From assembly GCA_051382335.1 (NCBI GenBank), contig JBBCAX010000024.1, positions 1-27,766 on the forward strand: 27,766 nt of DNA, written 5' to 3'. The DNA comes from Deltaproteobacteria bacterium TL4. GTDB lineage: Bacteria; SAR324; NAC60-12. The translations under genes were made by a program, and so were the position numbers. The notes under the pieces were generated by a model. The model had not been told where the DNA came from. It searched no databases and worked only from the letters and a program-made list of their open reading frames with translations. The number at the start of each line of letters is the position of its first letter. Positions within the stretch are counted from its first letter, which is position 1. Positions 17,923-27,419 of the stretch are shown here, in pieces.

Positions 17923-20703
17923 ATGAATCAGATCTTGATTGTAGATGACGAAGCCTTTATCCGGGATTTACTGAAGCGGCATTTATTGAAGCAGGGGTAT
18001 GAGGTCCTTACTGCGAAAGATGGTATGGAAGGACTTGCGGTTTTCAGAGAGCATAAACCCCCGGTTACGTTGCTGGATCTTAAAATGCCTAAAATGGATG
18101 GGATTCAGTTTTTGAAAGAACTTCCCGCTCAGGTGTTCGAAGCTCATGCTATTATTGTGCTGACAGGGCATGGCGGCGATGTGGAAAAAGAAATCTGTTA
18201 TAACATGGGGATTCAAGCTTTTCTGAGTAAACCCGTAGATCTCCTCGATCTCAACGGCTTAATCAAACGTTCTTTTGACCTCATTCGAATAACCACTGAA
18301 TTCAAACAACTCAATCAACGTCAAAATAATTTATTACAGAATATTCCAGACTTGATTTGGGAGATAAATCCTCATTTAGAATTTATTTATTTAAGTAAGA
18401 ATGTTGAGCAAATATTAGGATATCCCCCAGAGGAACTGATCGGGACGGCAATCTCAGATTATATTGCTGATGAAGATTTAACCCAGTTCTTTTTTAGATT
18501 TCAGAAAAATATGAGTCAATTGACTCCTGAGATCCGGGGGGTCACACTCAAATTCAAAACCCGCAGTGGTGAACTGCTTCCTATGCAAATTTCCGCGAAT
18601 TGTGTCTATGATGAGCAGGGAAATCCGAAAGAAATGATTGGGATAAACCGTGATGTCAGCGCTTGGGCTATGCTGGAAAAAGATGTAGAGTCCCTTGCGG
18701 AAGAGATGGAGATTCATGTCGATCAGAAGATTCGGCTGGTATTTGCTCATGAGTCGCTACGACAATATATGCCTCAGGAGTGGGATCTGAAAAATGAACC
18801 GCCTGATTTTTTATCTCTGTTAGAGGATCCTTCCCTGAGTTCGTTATTTCCCTTTGCTTTTGATCAAAAGGAAAATTTTCCTTTTCCCATTCTGGTCCGA
18901 TTCTTTGATGATCGAGGGAAAGAACATCTTTTCAGTACCAAACTCGCCTATGATGCGGAGCGAAATATTTTAGTAGGGAAATTAGTCCCTCAAGAAAAAG
19001 CGGTACAGTTTGCCTTAGTTGAAAAAAAGATGAAGAAGCAGGAAGAATCGCTTAAATCAGCGGTTATTGTGGATCCTGCGATGCAGCAAAGTATTTTGAA
19101 AGACAGCAACAACCTTGCCGATGAAATCCTGGTTTTAGTCAAAGCCCTTTCCTCTTATGCCTACCTCGAAGAAAACGTTTTCAACTTTGAAGAATTCAAG
19201 CAGTTTGTTTTCGGCAAGGATATGTTCATTTATCATGAAAACCTTCGTCTGTTAGGCAACAAAGTGCATGGCTTTAAGGGAACCTCGGGTTTTGTGATTC
19301 CTGAAGCCAAACATCTTTGTCATAAGATGGAGGATATCACCCGCCCTTTAGCTCAAAACCAGTTGGTATTGACCGCTTCGATCGTGGTTTTGTTAAAGCA
19401 ATTTATTTTCAAAGCTCAGGAAATGCTGGAAGCCTATCAAAAAGATCCTGATACCGAATTTGATGTTTCCGATTGGATCGCAAAGATTGATAACACCCTG
19501 CAAAAAGGACAGGCTTATTTAGGGGCTCAACTCCAGGCTTTCGAAACTTTAATCACTCAACGCAGTACCGATCATGGTGAAGTTAGAAAGCGGGCTCATG
19601 AAGAGTATTTATCGGTTTCTTTAGGGGGCTATGAGCAGCTTTCACAACAGGTTAAAAACCTTTATTACACCTTGACAGAAGGTCTTTCGCAAGAGCTTTT
19701 ATTGGAAGCCAGTGATTTGTATAATGAATTTATCGACACCCACCAGCATATCAAAAAAGTCCCTCTGGATTTATCACGTTATGAACGTCTCATTCCCAGT
19801 TTAGCCCAGCAATACACCAAAGAGGCTGATTTTATTTATATAGATCATCGAGTCTGTGCGGATCGCGAGTTTTGGAATGCCATTCATGAGATTCTGAATC
19901 ACACCTTAAAAAACGCGGTAATTCATGGTTTGGAAATACCTGATGAGCGCAAGCGTCTGGGTAAGAACTGCATTGGTAAAATCACGGTTGAGGTTTGGGA
20001 GGACGCACTTCATATTTTTGTGAGAGTCTCTGACGATGGCAGAGGCATTGATGTTGAAAAAATCATTGAAAAAGCAGCAGAAAACAACCTGTACACACAG
20101 GAACAATTGAAAGCCATGTCTTATCAGGAAGTGCTGCATCTCGTTTTTATTCAAGGCATTTCAACTGCGGAAGCCTTGGATGATAATGCCGGCAGAGGGG
20201 TCGGTTTAAATGCGGTTCAGGAAGCGATGAAACAATTTAACGGCACCTGTCAGATTGAATCTGAAGTTGGAAAAGGTTGTTCCTGGAACTTTAACTTTTC
20301 TAAAAACAACGTTTCTTTACCCTGTTTTATTGTAACTATTGATCAGCTTAAAATTGCGATTCCTGAAGATCGTGTCGAATCTTTTCATGAGTACAATCCC
20401 AAAAATCTGTTACAAATAGACCAAAAACCCGCATATCGTCATCTGGATAAGGCTTTATTCATTTTAAACTCGAATAAATTTTTTGGAACAGATATTTCTA
20501 GGAAAGCGGGTGACATTCCAAGCATTTTGATCATCAAGGTTGAAGGTGAAACCATGGGGGTTGTCATCAATAATATTTTGCATTACGCAACCATGCCGAT
20601 TTTGCCCCTGCCTCAAACTTACGGAAACATGCCGATTTACATCGGCATCACCTTTTTGGGAAGTGAACCTGTGGTCGTTCTGAACCCTGACGCGCTTTTT
20701 TGA
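17923..20703 (+). CDS. Atypical CheA-like hybrid kinase: REC-PAS/PAC-Hpt-HATPase-CheW
   Basis: REC (ILIVDD, LLDLKMPKMDG, LTGHG, SKP), PAS/PAC (NIPDLIWE...LGYPPEELIG...GINRDVS), Hpt (KVHGFKGTSG), HATPase (KNAVIHG, DDGRG, AGRGVGLNAV), CheW-like tail. Confidence 0.88.
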   Translation: MNQILIVDDEAFIRDLLKRHLLKQGYEVLTAKDGMEGLAVFREHKPPVTLLDLKMPKMDGIQFLKELPAQVFEAHAIIVLTGHGGDVEKEICYNMGIQAFLSKPVDLLDLNGLIKRSFDLIRITTEFKQLNQRQNNLLQNIPDLIWEINPHLEFIYLSKNVEQILGYPPEELIGTAISDYIADEDLTQFFFRFQKNMSQLTPEIRGVTLKFKTRSGELLPMQISANCVYDEQGNPKEMIGINRDVSAWAMLEKDVESLAEEMEIHVDQKIRLVFAHESLRQYMPQEWDLKNEPPDFLSLLEDPSLSSLFPFAFDQKENFPFPILVRFFDDRGKEHLFSTKLAYDAERNILVGKLVPQEKAVQFALVEKKMKKQEESLKSAVIVDPAMQQSILKDSNNLADEILVLVKALSSYAYLEENVFNFEEFKQFVFGKDMFIYHENLRLLGNKVHGFKGTSGFVIPEAKHLCHKMEDITRPLAQNQLVLTASIVVLLKQFIFKAQEMLEAYQKDPDTEFDVSDWIAKIDNTLQKGQAYLGAQLQAFETLITQRSTDHGEVRKRAHEEYLSVSLGGYEQLSQQVKNLYYTLTEGLSQELLLEASDLYNEFIDTHQHIKKVPLDLSRYERLIPSLAQQYTKEADFIYIDHRVCADREFWNAIHEILNHTLKNAVIHGLEIPDERKRLGKNCIGKITVEVWEDALHIFVRVSDDGRGIDVEKIIEKAAENNLYTQEQLKAMSYQEVLHLVFIQGISTAEALDDNAGRGVGLNAVQEAMKQFNGTCQIESEVGKGCSWNFNFSKNNVSLPCFIVTIDQLKIAIPEDRVESFHEYNPKNLLQIDQKPAYRHLDKALFILNSNKFFGTDISRKAGDIPSILIIKVEGETMGVVINNILHYATMPILPLPQTYGNMPIYIGITFLGSEPVVVLNPDALF

Positions 20704-20733
20704 ACTATTGGACTTTGAAGAGATTGGTTGATT

Positions 20734-21603
20734 ATGAATACTTCTGATTATGCCAGCCGTACCCCGCCAGTTTTATCAGAAAAGGAATTTAAGCGTTTAA
20801 GCGAATATGTCTATGAGCATTTGGGAATCAAACTGCCTCCTGTCAAGAAAACCTTGCTGGAGTCCCGTCTTCAGCGTCGCTTGAGATTTTGTAATTTACA
20901 ATCTTTTGGAGCATATTGCGACTATCTTTTCAGTCCTCAAGGCACAACCCAGGAACTCCCTGAGTTTATCAACACGGTAACTACCAACAAAACTGATTTT
21001 TTCAGAGAACCCGAGCATTTCGACTACCTTATAAAAAAAGCGCTTCCTGACTTGTTGAATGATCCTCAGGTCCTGCGTCGAAAACTGACACTTTGGAGTG
21101 CAGGCTGTTCTAAAGGCGATGAACCCTATACACTGGGGATGGTTCTGAAAAATTTTTTTGAACAGTCCACGGCTTGTCGTGTCCCTTTCTCCATTTTGGC
21201 GACCGATATCTCCACCAACGTTTTGAAGACCGCGATCAGTGGTGTTTATAACGAAGAAATGATTACTCCGGTTCCTATGGAATTGAGGAAAAAGTATCTT
21301 TTAAAAAGTAAGGATCGAAGTCAAAAGATTGTTCGGATTGCCCCGGAAATACGAAACTTAATCACCTTCCGTCAACTCAATTTGATGGATCAGAGTTTCG
21401 ATCTCCGCGATCCGGTTGACATTATTTTTTGCAGAAATGTGATTATCTATTTTGATCGACCCACTCAGGAAAGACTTTTTAATAAATTTTGCAGATATTT
21501 GTCTCCCGGTGGATATGTCTTTATTGGACACTCCGAAACTTTGCAGGGCATGGAGGTTCCGCTGGTGCAAGTCTCTCCAACCGTTTATAAGAAAAAGAAA
21601 TGA
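20734..21603 (+). CDS. cheR: Chemotaxis methyltransferase CheR
   Basis: TTNKTDFFREPEHF, WSAGCSKGDEPYTL, ATDIS, DIIFCRNVIIYFD, IGHSETL. The start may instead be TTG 20728. Confidence 0.96.
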   Translation: MNTSDYASRTPPVLSEKEFKRLSEYVYEHLGIKLPPVKKTLLESRLQRRLRFCNLQSFGAYCDYLFSPQGTTQELPEFINTVTTNKTDFFREPEHFDYLIKKALPDLLNDPQVLRRKLTLWSAGCSKGDEPYTLGMVLKNFFEQSTACRVPFSILATDISTNVLKTAISGVYNEEMITPVPMELRKKYLLKSKDRSQKIVRIAPEIRNLITFRQLNLMDQSFDLRDPVDIIFCRNVIIYFDRPTQERLFNKFCRYLSPGGYVFIGHSETLQGMEVPLVQVSPTVYKKKK

Positions 21604-21653
21604 GTTCTTTTAATCACAAGTTAATTATCAACCTTAAATGAGCAAAGAGTATA

Positions 21654-22160
21654 ATGAGTGTTGCAGAAATAACGGAAACTCTTCAATATTTCACATTTAA
21701 AATTGATGATGAAATTTTTGCCTTTAAGATTTTAAATGTTCGTGAGGTTCTGGAGTTCAGAAAGGTGACCAAAGTGCCTCAAACCCCAGATTTCATGTGT
21801 GGGGTGATCAACTTAAGAGGAAGTGTGGTTCCCGTTTTAGACTTGGGCTTAAAACTGGGCATGCCCGAAATCCAAAAAACGGTGGATACCTGCGTGATTA
21901 TTGTGGAACTGATGGCTGATGAGGAGTCCATGGCCATTGGTGTGTTAGTGGATTCTGTGAGTGAAGTTATTGAATTAGCTCCGGAAGCCATTGATCCGCC
22001 CCCAAAACTGGGAGGCCGAATCACCCATGAATTTTTAATTGGCATGGGGAAACAACATGATAACTTCATTGCCATTCTTGATGTTAATACCATTTTTTCT
22101 TTGGAAGAGCTCACCTTTTCCTCGATGGAAAATGAATCTCAGTTGTCCCTGGGGGGATGA
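21654..22160 (+). CDS. cheW: Chemotaxis coupling protein CheW
   Basis: QYFTF, VREVLE, TKVPQTPDFMCGVINLRGSVVPVLDL, IGVLVDSVSEV. Confidence 0.96.
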   Translation: MSVAEITETLQYFTFKIDDEIFAFKILNVREVLEFRKVTKVPQTPDFMCGVINLRGSVVPVLDLGLKLGMPEIQKTVDTCVIIVELMADEESMAIGVLVDSVSEVIELAPEAIDPPPKLGGRITHEFLIGMGKQHDNFIAILDVNTIFSLEELTFSSMENESQLSLGG

Positions 22161-22187
22161 TTGAGCTCGTCGCTATTCTTTAGAAGT

Positions 22188-22348
22188 TATACTTTTGACG
22201 GGTTAGAATTTTACTTTCCGGATTAGTACCTACTTTCTGTTTATGGTAGGCGGGGATTACATGCCCCGCCCTATTTCAGCATTCTCAGGGGTCGGGCATG
22301 TAATCCCGACCTACCACAAAATTAAAGATTTAATCCAACGCAAGTATA
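22188..22348. mobile_element. MITE family C (TA-bounded, degenerate TIRs) with a nested GTAG REP doublet
   Basis: Left end TATACTTTTGACGGGTTAGAATTTTACT versus reverse-complemented right end TATACTTGCGTTGGATTAAATCTTTAAT: 19/28, with the first 7 identical. Confidence 0.55.
22246..22314. repeat. GTAG-type REP inverted doublet
   Basis: Arm 1 is GTAGGCGGGGATTACATGCCCCGCCC; arm 2 (reverse complement) is GTAGGTCGGGATTACATGCCCGACCC. Each forms its own hairpin. Confidence 0.85.
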
Positions 22349-22448
22349 GTATAGCGTGGAATGAAAATGAGGTGTTTTGCCTTGAAACCGGTGGAGAAGG
22401 ACTTCTCTTAGGCTTAGTCTGAACCACCCTACAAGTTTTGGACGGTAC

Positions 22449-23522
22449 ATGAGTCAAAAAATTAAAGTTCTTATTGTGGATGATTCGGCCATTGTTCGAC
22501 AGGTTCTGACACAGATTTTATCTTCGGATCCTGAAATTGAAGTGATCGCAACCGCAGCAGACCCTTTTGTCGCGGCACAGAAGTTGAGAGAACAGATTCC
22601 GGATGTCATCTTGTTGGACGTGGAGATGCCTCGGATGGATGGCCTTACTTTTTTGAAAAAAATCATGTCCCAGCATCCGATACCTACGGTTATGTGTTCC
22701 AGTTTGACCGTTAAGGGATCCGAAACGGCGTTGAAAGCCTTGGAATATGGCGCGGTTGATATTATTACCAAACCCCGAATGGGAACCAAGCAGTTTCTGG
22801 AAGAATCGAAAGTTGTGGTTTGTGATGCGGTCAAAGCCGCCTTGTTAACACAAAGGAACCCCCAACGGGATCTCCCTAAAATGATGCAAGTGGCTCCCAA
22901 GCTTAACGCGGATGCTGTTATTGCGAAATCGCATTCTAAAGCCATGATCCAAACCACTGAAAAAATTGTAGTTGTTGGCGCATCAACAGGAGGCACCGAA
23001 GCCCTTAAAACATTTTTGGAAGCGCTGCCTGAGGATGCTCCCGGGATGGTGATTGTGCAGCATATGCCTGAAAATTTTACTACAGCCTTCGCTAATCGTC
23101 TCAACGGACTTTGCCGTATCACTGTCAAGGAAGCGTCAACCAACGATTCTGTAATTCGGGGGCTGGCCTTATTAGCTCCGGGGAATCGTCATACCCTGCT
23201 CAAACGGAGTGGTGCGCGGTACTATGTCGAGGTTAAAGACGGTCCTCTCGTCAGTCGTCACCGTCCTTCAGTTGATGTTTTATTTCGCTCTGCCGCACAC
23301 TATGCCGGAAAAAATGCCATTGGCGTGATTATGACCGGAATGGGGGACGATGGTGCGCATGGAATGTTGGAAATGAAGGAAGCCGGTGCCATCAACATTG
23401 CTCAAGATGAAGCAACCTCTGTGGTTTTTGGTATGCCCAACGAAGCCATTAAACTTGGCGGAGTGGATAAGATCCTCCCCTTAGGAAGAATTGCCGCAGA
23501 AGTCATGAGATTGGGAAGCTGA
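22449..23522 (+). CDS. cheB: Chemotaxis methylesterase CheB (REC + esterase)
   Basis: [17 protein letters not shown], and catalytic-triad motifs [19 protein letters not shown]. Confidence 0.97.
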   Translation: MSQKIKVLIVDDSAIVRQVLTQILSSDPEIEVIATAADPFVAAQKLREQIPDVILLDVEMPRMDGLTFLKKIMSQHPIPTVMCSSLTVKGSETALKALEYGAVDIITKPRMGTKQFLEESKVVVCDAVKAALLTQRNPQRDLPKMMQVAPKLNADAVIAKSHSKAMIQTTEKIVVVGASTGGTEALKTFLEALPEDAPGMVIVQHMPENFTTAFANRLNGLCRITVKEASTNDSVIRGLALLAPGNRHTLLKRSGARYYVEVKDGPLVSRHRPSVDVLFRSAAHYAGKNAIGVIMTGMGDDGAHGMLEMKEAGAINIAQDEATSVVFGMPNEAIKLGGVDKILPLGRIAAEVMRLGS

Positions 23523-23529
23523 AACAACC

Positions 23530-23569
23530 GTAACGCTTCAGCCGCAGCTTTTCCCGGAAAAACTCAGAT
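23530..23569 (+). repeat. IS66-like (GTAAC) MITE end, related to 9481-9520
   Basis: GTAACGCTTCAGCCGCAGCTTTTCCCGGAAAAACTCAGAT. Only a degenerate partner end (GCTGAAG near 23601) is visible. Confidence 0.55.
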
Positions 23570-23691
23570 TCTTTTTAAAAATTTGAAAAAAACTATTTGA
23601 GCTGAAGTAATGTCTGTTTCCGATTTTCGCTTAGTAATAGACAAACAATAACTTAGAAAATTCATCCAATCAACTGCCCCTTCTCAGATCT

Positions 23692-23720
23692 GTAGAGACG
23701 TGCGAATCGTGCGTCTCTAC
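23692..23720. repeat. Single GTAG-type REP-like hairpin
   Basis: GTAGAGACG-TGCGAATCGTG-CGTCTCTAC, perfect 9-bp stem starting GTAG. Confidence 0.7.
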
Positions 23721-24163
23721 GAATGCCGGGCCGAAGATATTTTTTGGTAAAAGTTTCCATGCTATTCTTTTATCGTTCCTTAAGGAAAATACGAAGATTA
23801 TTTTTGATCATTTTTTACCAATGTGGAACTATACTGCGATTCCTTTCAAAAACTGAAAAGTTCCTAATTTGTTTTTTGAGCATTCCTAAGAATCACAAAA
23901 GTATGTGAAAGTAAAAATGATGTGCTATGTGAGGAAGCCTAAATTAGGAATATGAAAAATGAGATTTTATTTTTTACACAAACACACTTGTAGTATTCAT
24001 TCCCCAATAAGTCTATTGGTATTTCCTTAGCCGGATTTTTTTCGCTCGTCTCATGTGGAACTGGTGGTTTGAAGCAACACCCATGGTTGAAGCAACCCGC
24101 AGGGAACCCCGTTGTGGGGAAAAGGCAATGTCCGTGGATCAAGCGATTAAGAACGCAAAAAGC

Positions 24164-24213
24164 TGACACTGGCAGCGTCGGGGTCAGGGGTTCGATCCCC
24201 CTCGTCTCCACCA
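24164..24213 (+). pseudogene. 3' half of tRNA-Ala(GGC); probable att-site remnant
   Basis: Anticodon arm TGACA-CTGGCAG-CGTCG (GGC at 24171-24173), variable loop GGGTC, T-arm AGGGG-TTCGATC-CCCCT, acceptor strand CGTCTCC-ACCA. No D-arm or GGGG 5' strand upstream. Confidence 0.85.
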
Positions 24214-24386
24214 ATTTTCCTTTTCCTGTATAGAAAATTAGTGAAAAAATAATCTTTACTTATTAGAATTCATTTGCGCATAACCTCTACATGACACTAT
24301 TTATGGCGTGAAACTCCGAAAAAAAACGAATACCGGAATCATGAATGTCAGTGAACAATAACGAAGTGAACTTGTAAGGGTAACTT

Positions 24387-27300
24387 ATGGCTGTTGAAAA
24401 ACGAATACACCCCATTGCTTTTCTCCTTTTGCTATTCCTTTTGTTGATAGGGTGCGATCAGCAATCCTCAAACAACAAAGCTGAGGAGGAGTCATTCCAT
24501 AACGCTGACGTTCAAATTTCAGAAACGATACAGCCCTATCTTGATAGTCTTGAAGGCTCAGAAAACCGACAAAGAATCGAACAAGATTTAAATTCCTTCA
24601 ATGGTTTTTTGGTTGAGAACGGGATAACAACGTTGAAAGGACTTAATGACGCCTTTGCCAATCCCAATTTTGAAAACAGCATCCAAAATTTTCTCGCGAC
24701 CCATTCAAGCCTCCAAGATTCATCACAACAACGATCCAGCCGGTTTTTAGGCAGTTTATGGGAAAGTATTAAAGGTTGGCTGAATTATTTAACCCAAGTA
24801 TTTGAAAACTTTATTGAGAACATACTCAAGTTTTTACAAGGTGATCATACTGGAGATGTCCCTACTCACCCTGCTGAAGGGCTCACTTTTACAGATACAG
24901 ATTCAGACAAAGGTGAGATCGCGGGAGACATAATCATCAAGAAAGCAAGTGATGAAAGTGATATTACAGATTATGTTATCTATTGGGGATCGGATGAAAC
25001 CACTAAACTTACCGATCAATCCGCTATCGCAACCATAGTAAAAACAGGTGACGATCTAAGTTACACTATTGTTGCTGATACTGCTATATTGCATAGTGCT
25101 ACTCATTTGTTGGTATTTACCACAAATGCCAATGGTGAGATGGATACAGGAATAAGCGTAAAACTTATTGATATTAAAGAGGCTGTTCCGACTCATGCAG
25201 CAAGTAGTGTGGTATTTGCTGATACCGATATAGATGAAGGCGAGATCGCCGGAGAGATAATCATCACAAAAGCAAGCGATGAAAGTGATATTACTCACTA
25301 TGTTCTCTATTGGGGATCGGATGCCAATACAAAACTTGAGAACGAGCTTGCTATCACGACTATAGAAAAAACAGGAAGTAACTACTCAGGTATCATTTGT
25401 ACTGATTTTACAGGACTTTTTTTGAAGCAATTTTCAAAAACAGGCTGTTTTAAGCAAAAAATCAGGGGTCCTCATTTTATAAGTCACTGATTTTACAGAA
25501 CTCAGACACCTGAGTAGTTACAACAGGAAAAGATCTTTCCTATACCATTTCTGAAGATACCACTATTCCTTCAGGTGCTATTCATTTGCTCATTTTTACC
25601 CGAAACGAATTAGGGGAAAGGCTTACAGGGATTGGTGTAAAAATCAAAGAAATTCGATTTTCCTCAATCTCGTCTTCTATTGATATTATACATGTAAGCC
25701 AAGATACACCAGTAACATTCACTGTCAAAGTCCAAGGGGAACCAAATTCTGTCAGTTTACAAGAAGATATTAGCGGAGAACTCAAAATGCTTGTAAGTTT
25801 AACAGACAGTGGCGATTTGGGTAATGGTGATGTATCGGCTAATGATGGTCTCTATACTGGGATCGTAAATTTTTCAGAAAGTAGTCCACGAATAATATAT
25901 TTAAAAGCTATAGCGACCCATCAAGATGTCCTTAATCAAACTTGGAAAAGTAATACATATAGCATTCCTGTCGTTGATAACACAGGAGGATCCGCCCGCC
26001 GGGAAAGTATCAGAAAAATGATTAAAAAAGATACAGGTGGAACAATTTCATTTAATGATGGCGTTCACCTGAGTGTTCCAGCGAGAAGTTTAAGTGAGGA
26101 CACTAATATCAGTGTGATTAAGAACGCGGATAATTCAGAAATCATTTTTCATCCTCAAGGACTGACTTTTAACTCAGCTCTTAACCTTGATAATTCCAGT
26201 CACTGAAAAAATGAAGGATCAAACTGCCGATCAGTTAATGGTTTATAGACTTTTTAGTAACGAAGGATCTTCTGCCGCCGACCAAGAAGATGTGCTTGTT
26301 TCAGATTCATCCGGTGATGGAAGAATCTTATTCGCAGCAGACGTTGAGACGTTGAGCACAATGGATATCATTGAACTCTCTATTCCTCATTTTTCTAAAG
26401 CCAAACGGCGTTATTCGAGTGTCTATTTAGACATTTCCCCTAATCCTGTCAAAATGTCATGTGGAGGAAGTACCATGTTAAATATTAAAATCACTTCTCC
26501 AAAATATTATACCATATGGTTCTCTTCAAATCTGCCGTTTAATCATATTAATGAGACTGAGGTAATATTTTCAGCATCTCAGGATAATCCTTGCCCCACT
26601 GGAATAAAAATTGAGTTTTGGGAAGGTAAATATAATCCTGTCAAAACTGTTGTTATTCCTGTTAAGATTCAACCTAGGGAGGACCTAAAATTTCAACATT
26701 CACAAATGGGTTTTGCTTGGAAGGTTATCGATCAATATTACAAGTCATTGGGAGTCTATACGGGGAGTACAGTTAAACTCGCGCTCTCTCAAACTCCCTC
26801 TATTCCTGGTTCTCTCATAAAATGGTCAGGTGAGGCGTCGGGGCAAACCGGATATCAAGTCTCTGTGACTTTTAACTCGCCTGGAGATACAACGGTTAGT
26901 GTAGATGTTCAGGGGACAAACACACAAGTGCTTGTCCGAGTCAAAGATAGGCCATCTGGACTTGGAGAAGCAGAATTCGCTTTTGCAAACCCTCAGAAAA
27001 CGTATACAGCTAATCAACACAATATTGCTAATGTGTTAGCATCTCAAGAACCTGAAATATGGGCATCACAAGTTTATCCGGGGCAACAACATAACACAAA
27101 AGTCGATGCAGCAAAACACACTTATTGGAGTTGTTTGCTTACTCAATATATTGATGCCTTCTATTCCGAAGGTTTGACAAACGCTCATGAAGTTTCGAGT
27201 CCTGGACCTGGAACAGAAACGGTGATGGATTACTATAACAATACAATCGGTCGTTCTCTCGTTTCTCCTACTGCTACCGACAATACTTTTTGTCGTAATG

Positions 27301-27404
27301 CTGTTCAAAGTGCTGTCTCAAATGGTACCACGCTATATTTGGATTCATCCTATGGTGCCGAAAATAAGAAAGAAGATGCATTATTACAACCAACAAACAA
27401 ATAA
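24387..27404 (+). pseudogene. Large multidomain lipoprotein (~954 aa reconstructed), interrupted by a MITE and a +1 frameshift
   Basis: Joins ORFs 24387..25490, 25586..26206 and 26187..27404. Lipobox LIGC (Cys23), two ~109-aa repeats, a choice-of-anchor-X-like motif, a ZU5-like segment, and a DUF6973-like tip (DAAKHTYW...AHE...MDYYNNTIGR). Confidence 0.8.
25378..25521. mobile_element. 144-bp IS66-like MITE (family D) inserted in the lipoprotein gene
   Basis: TIRs GTAACTACTCAGGTATC / GACACCTGAGTAGTTAC (16/17). Perfect 8-bp duplication AACAGGAA at 25370-25377 and 25522-25529. Internal direct repeat ACTGATTTTACAG at 25401 and 25486. Confidence 0.93.
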
Positions 27405-27419
27405 AGGGTGGAGGTACTT

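Noticed and set aside
22454..23143. 229-aa minus-strand ORF (also 16859..17416, 11317..12033 and 8411..8887)
   Set aside because: These are antisense shadows of well-supported genes (cheB, cheA, putA, the TPR-like gene) with no motifs of their own.
23939..24214. ORF beginning MVETRGIEPLT
   Set aside because: This is the translation of the reverse complement of the tRNA 3' end, a common false ORF.
23850..24300. Possible tmRNA or permuted two-piece tmRNA ending CTCCACCA
   Set aside because: No GGGG-starting 5' acceptor strand ~350 nt upstream or just downstream, and a GGC anticodon arm is present, so a tRNA-Ala fragment fits better.
26175..26190. Programmed +1 frameshifting at CTTAACC (the same heptamer occurs at the hspQ shift near 9035)
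   Set aside because: Both genes carry other inactivating lesions and no stimulatory signal is visible; coincidence or simple indels are more likely.
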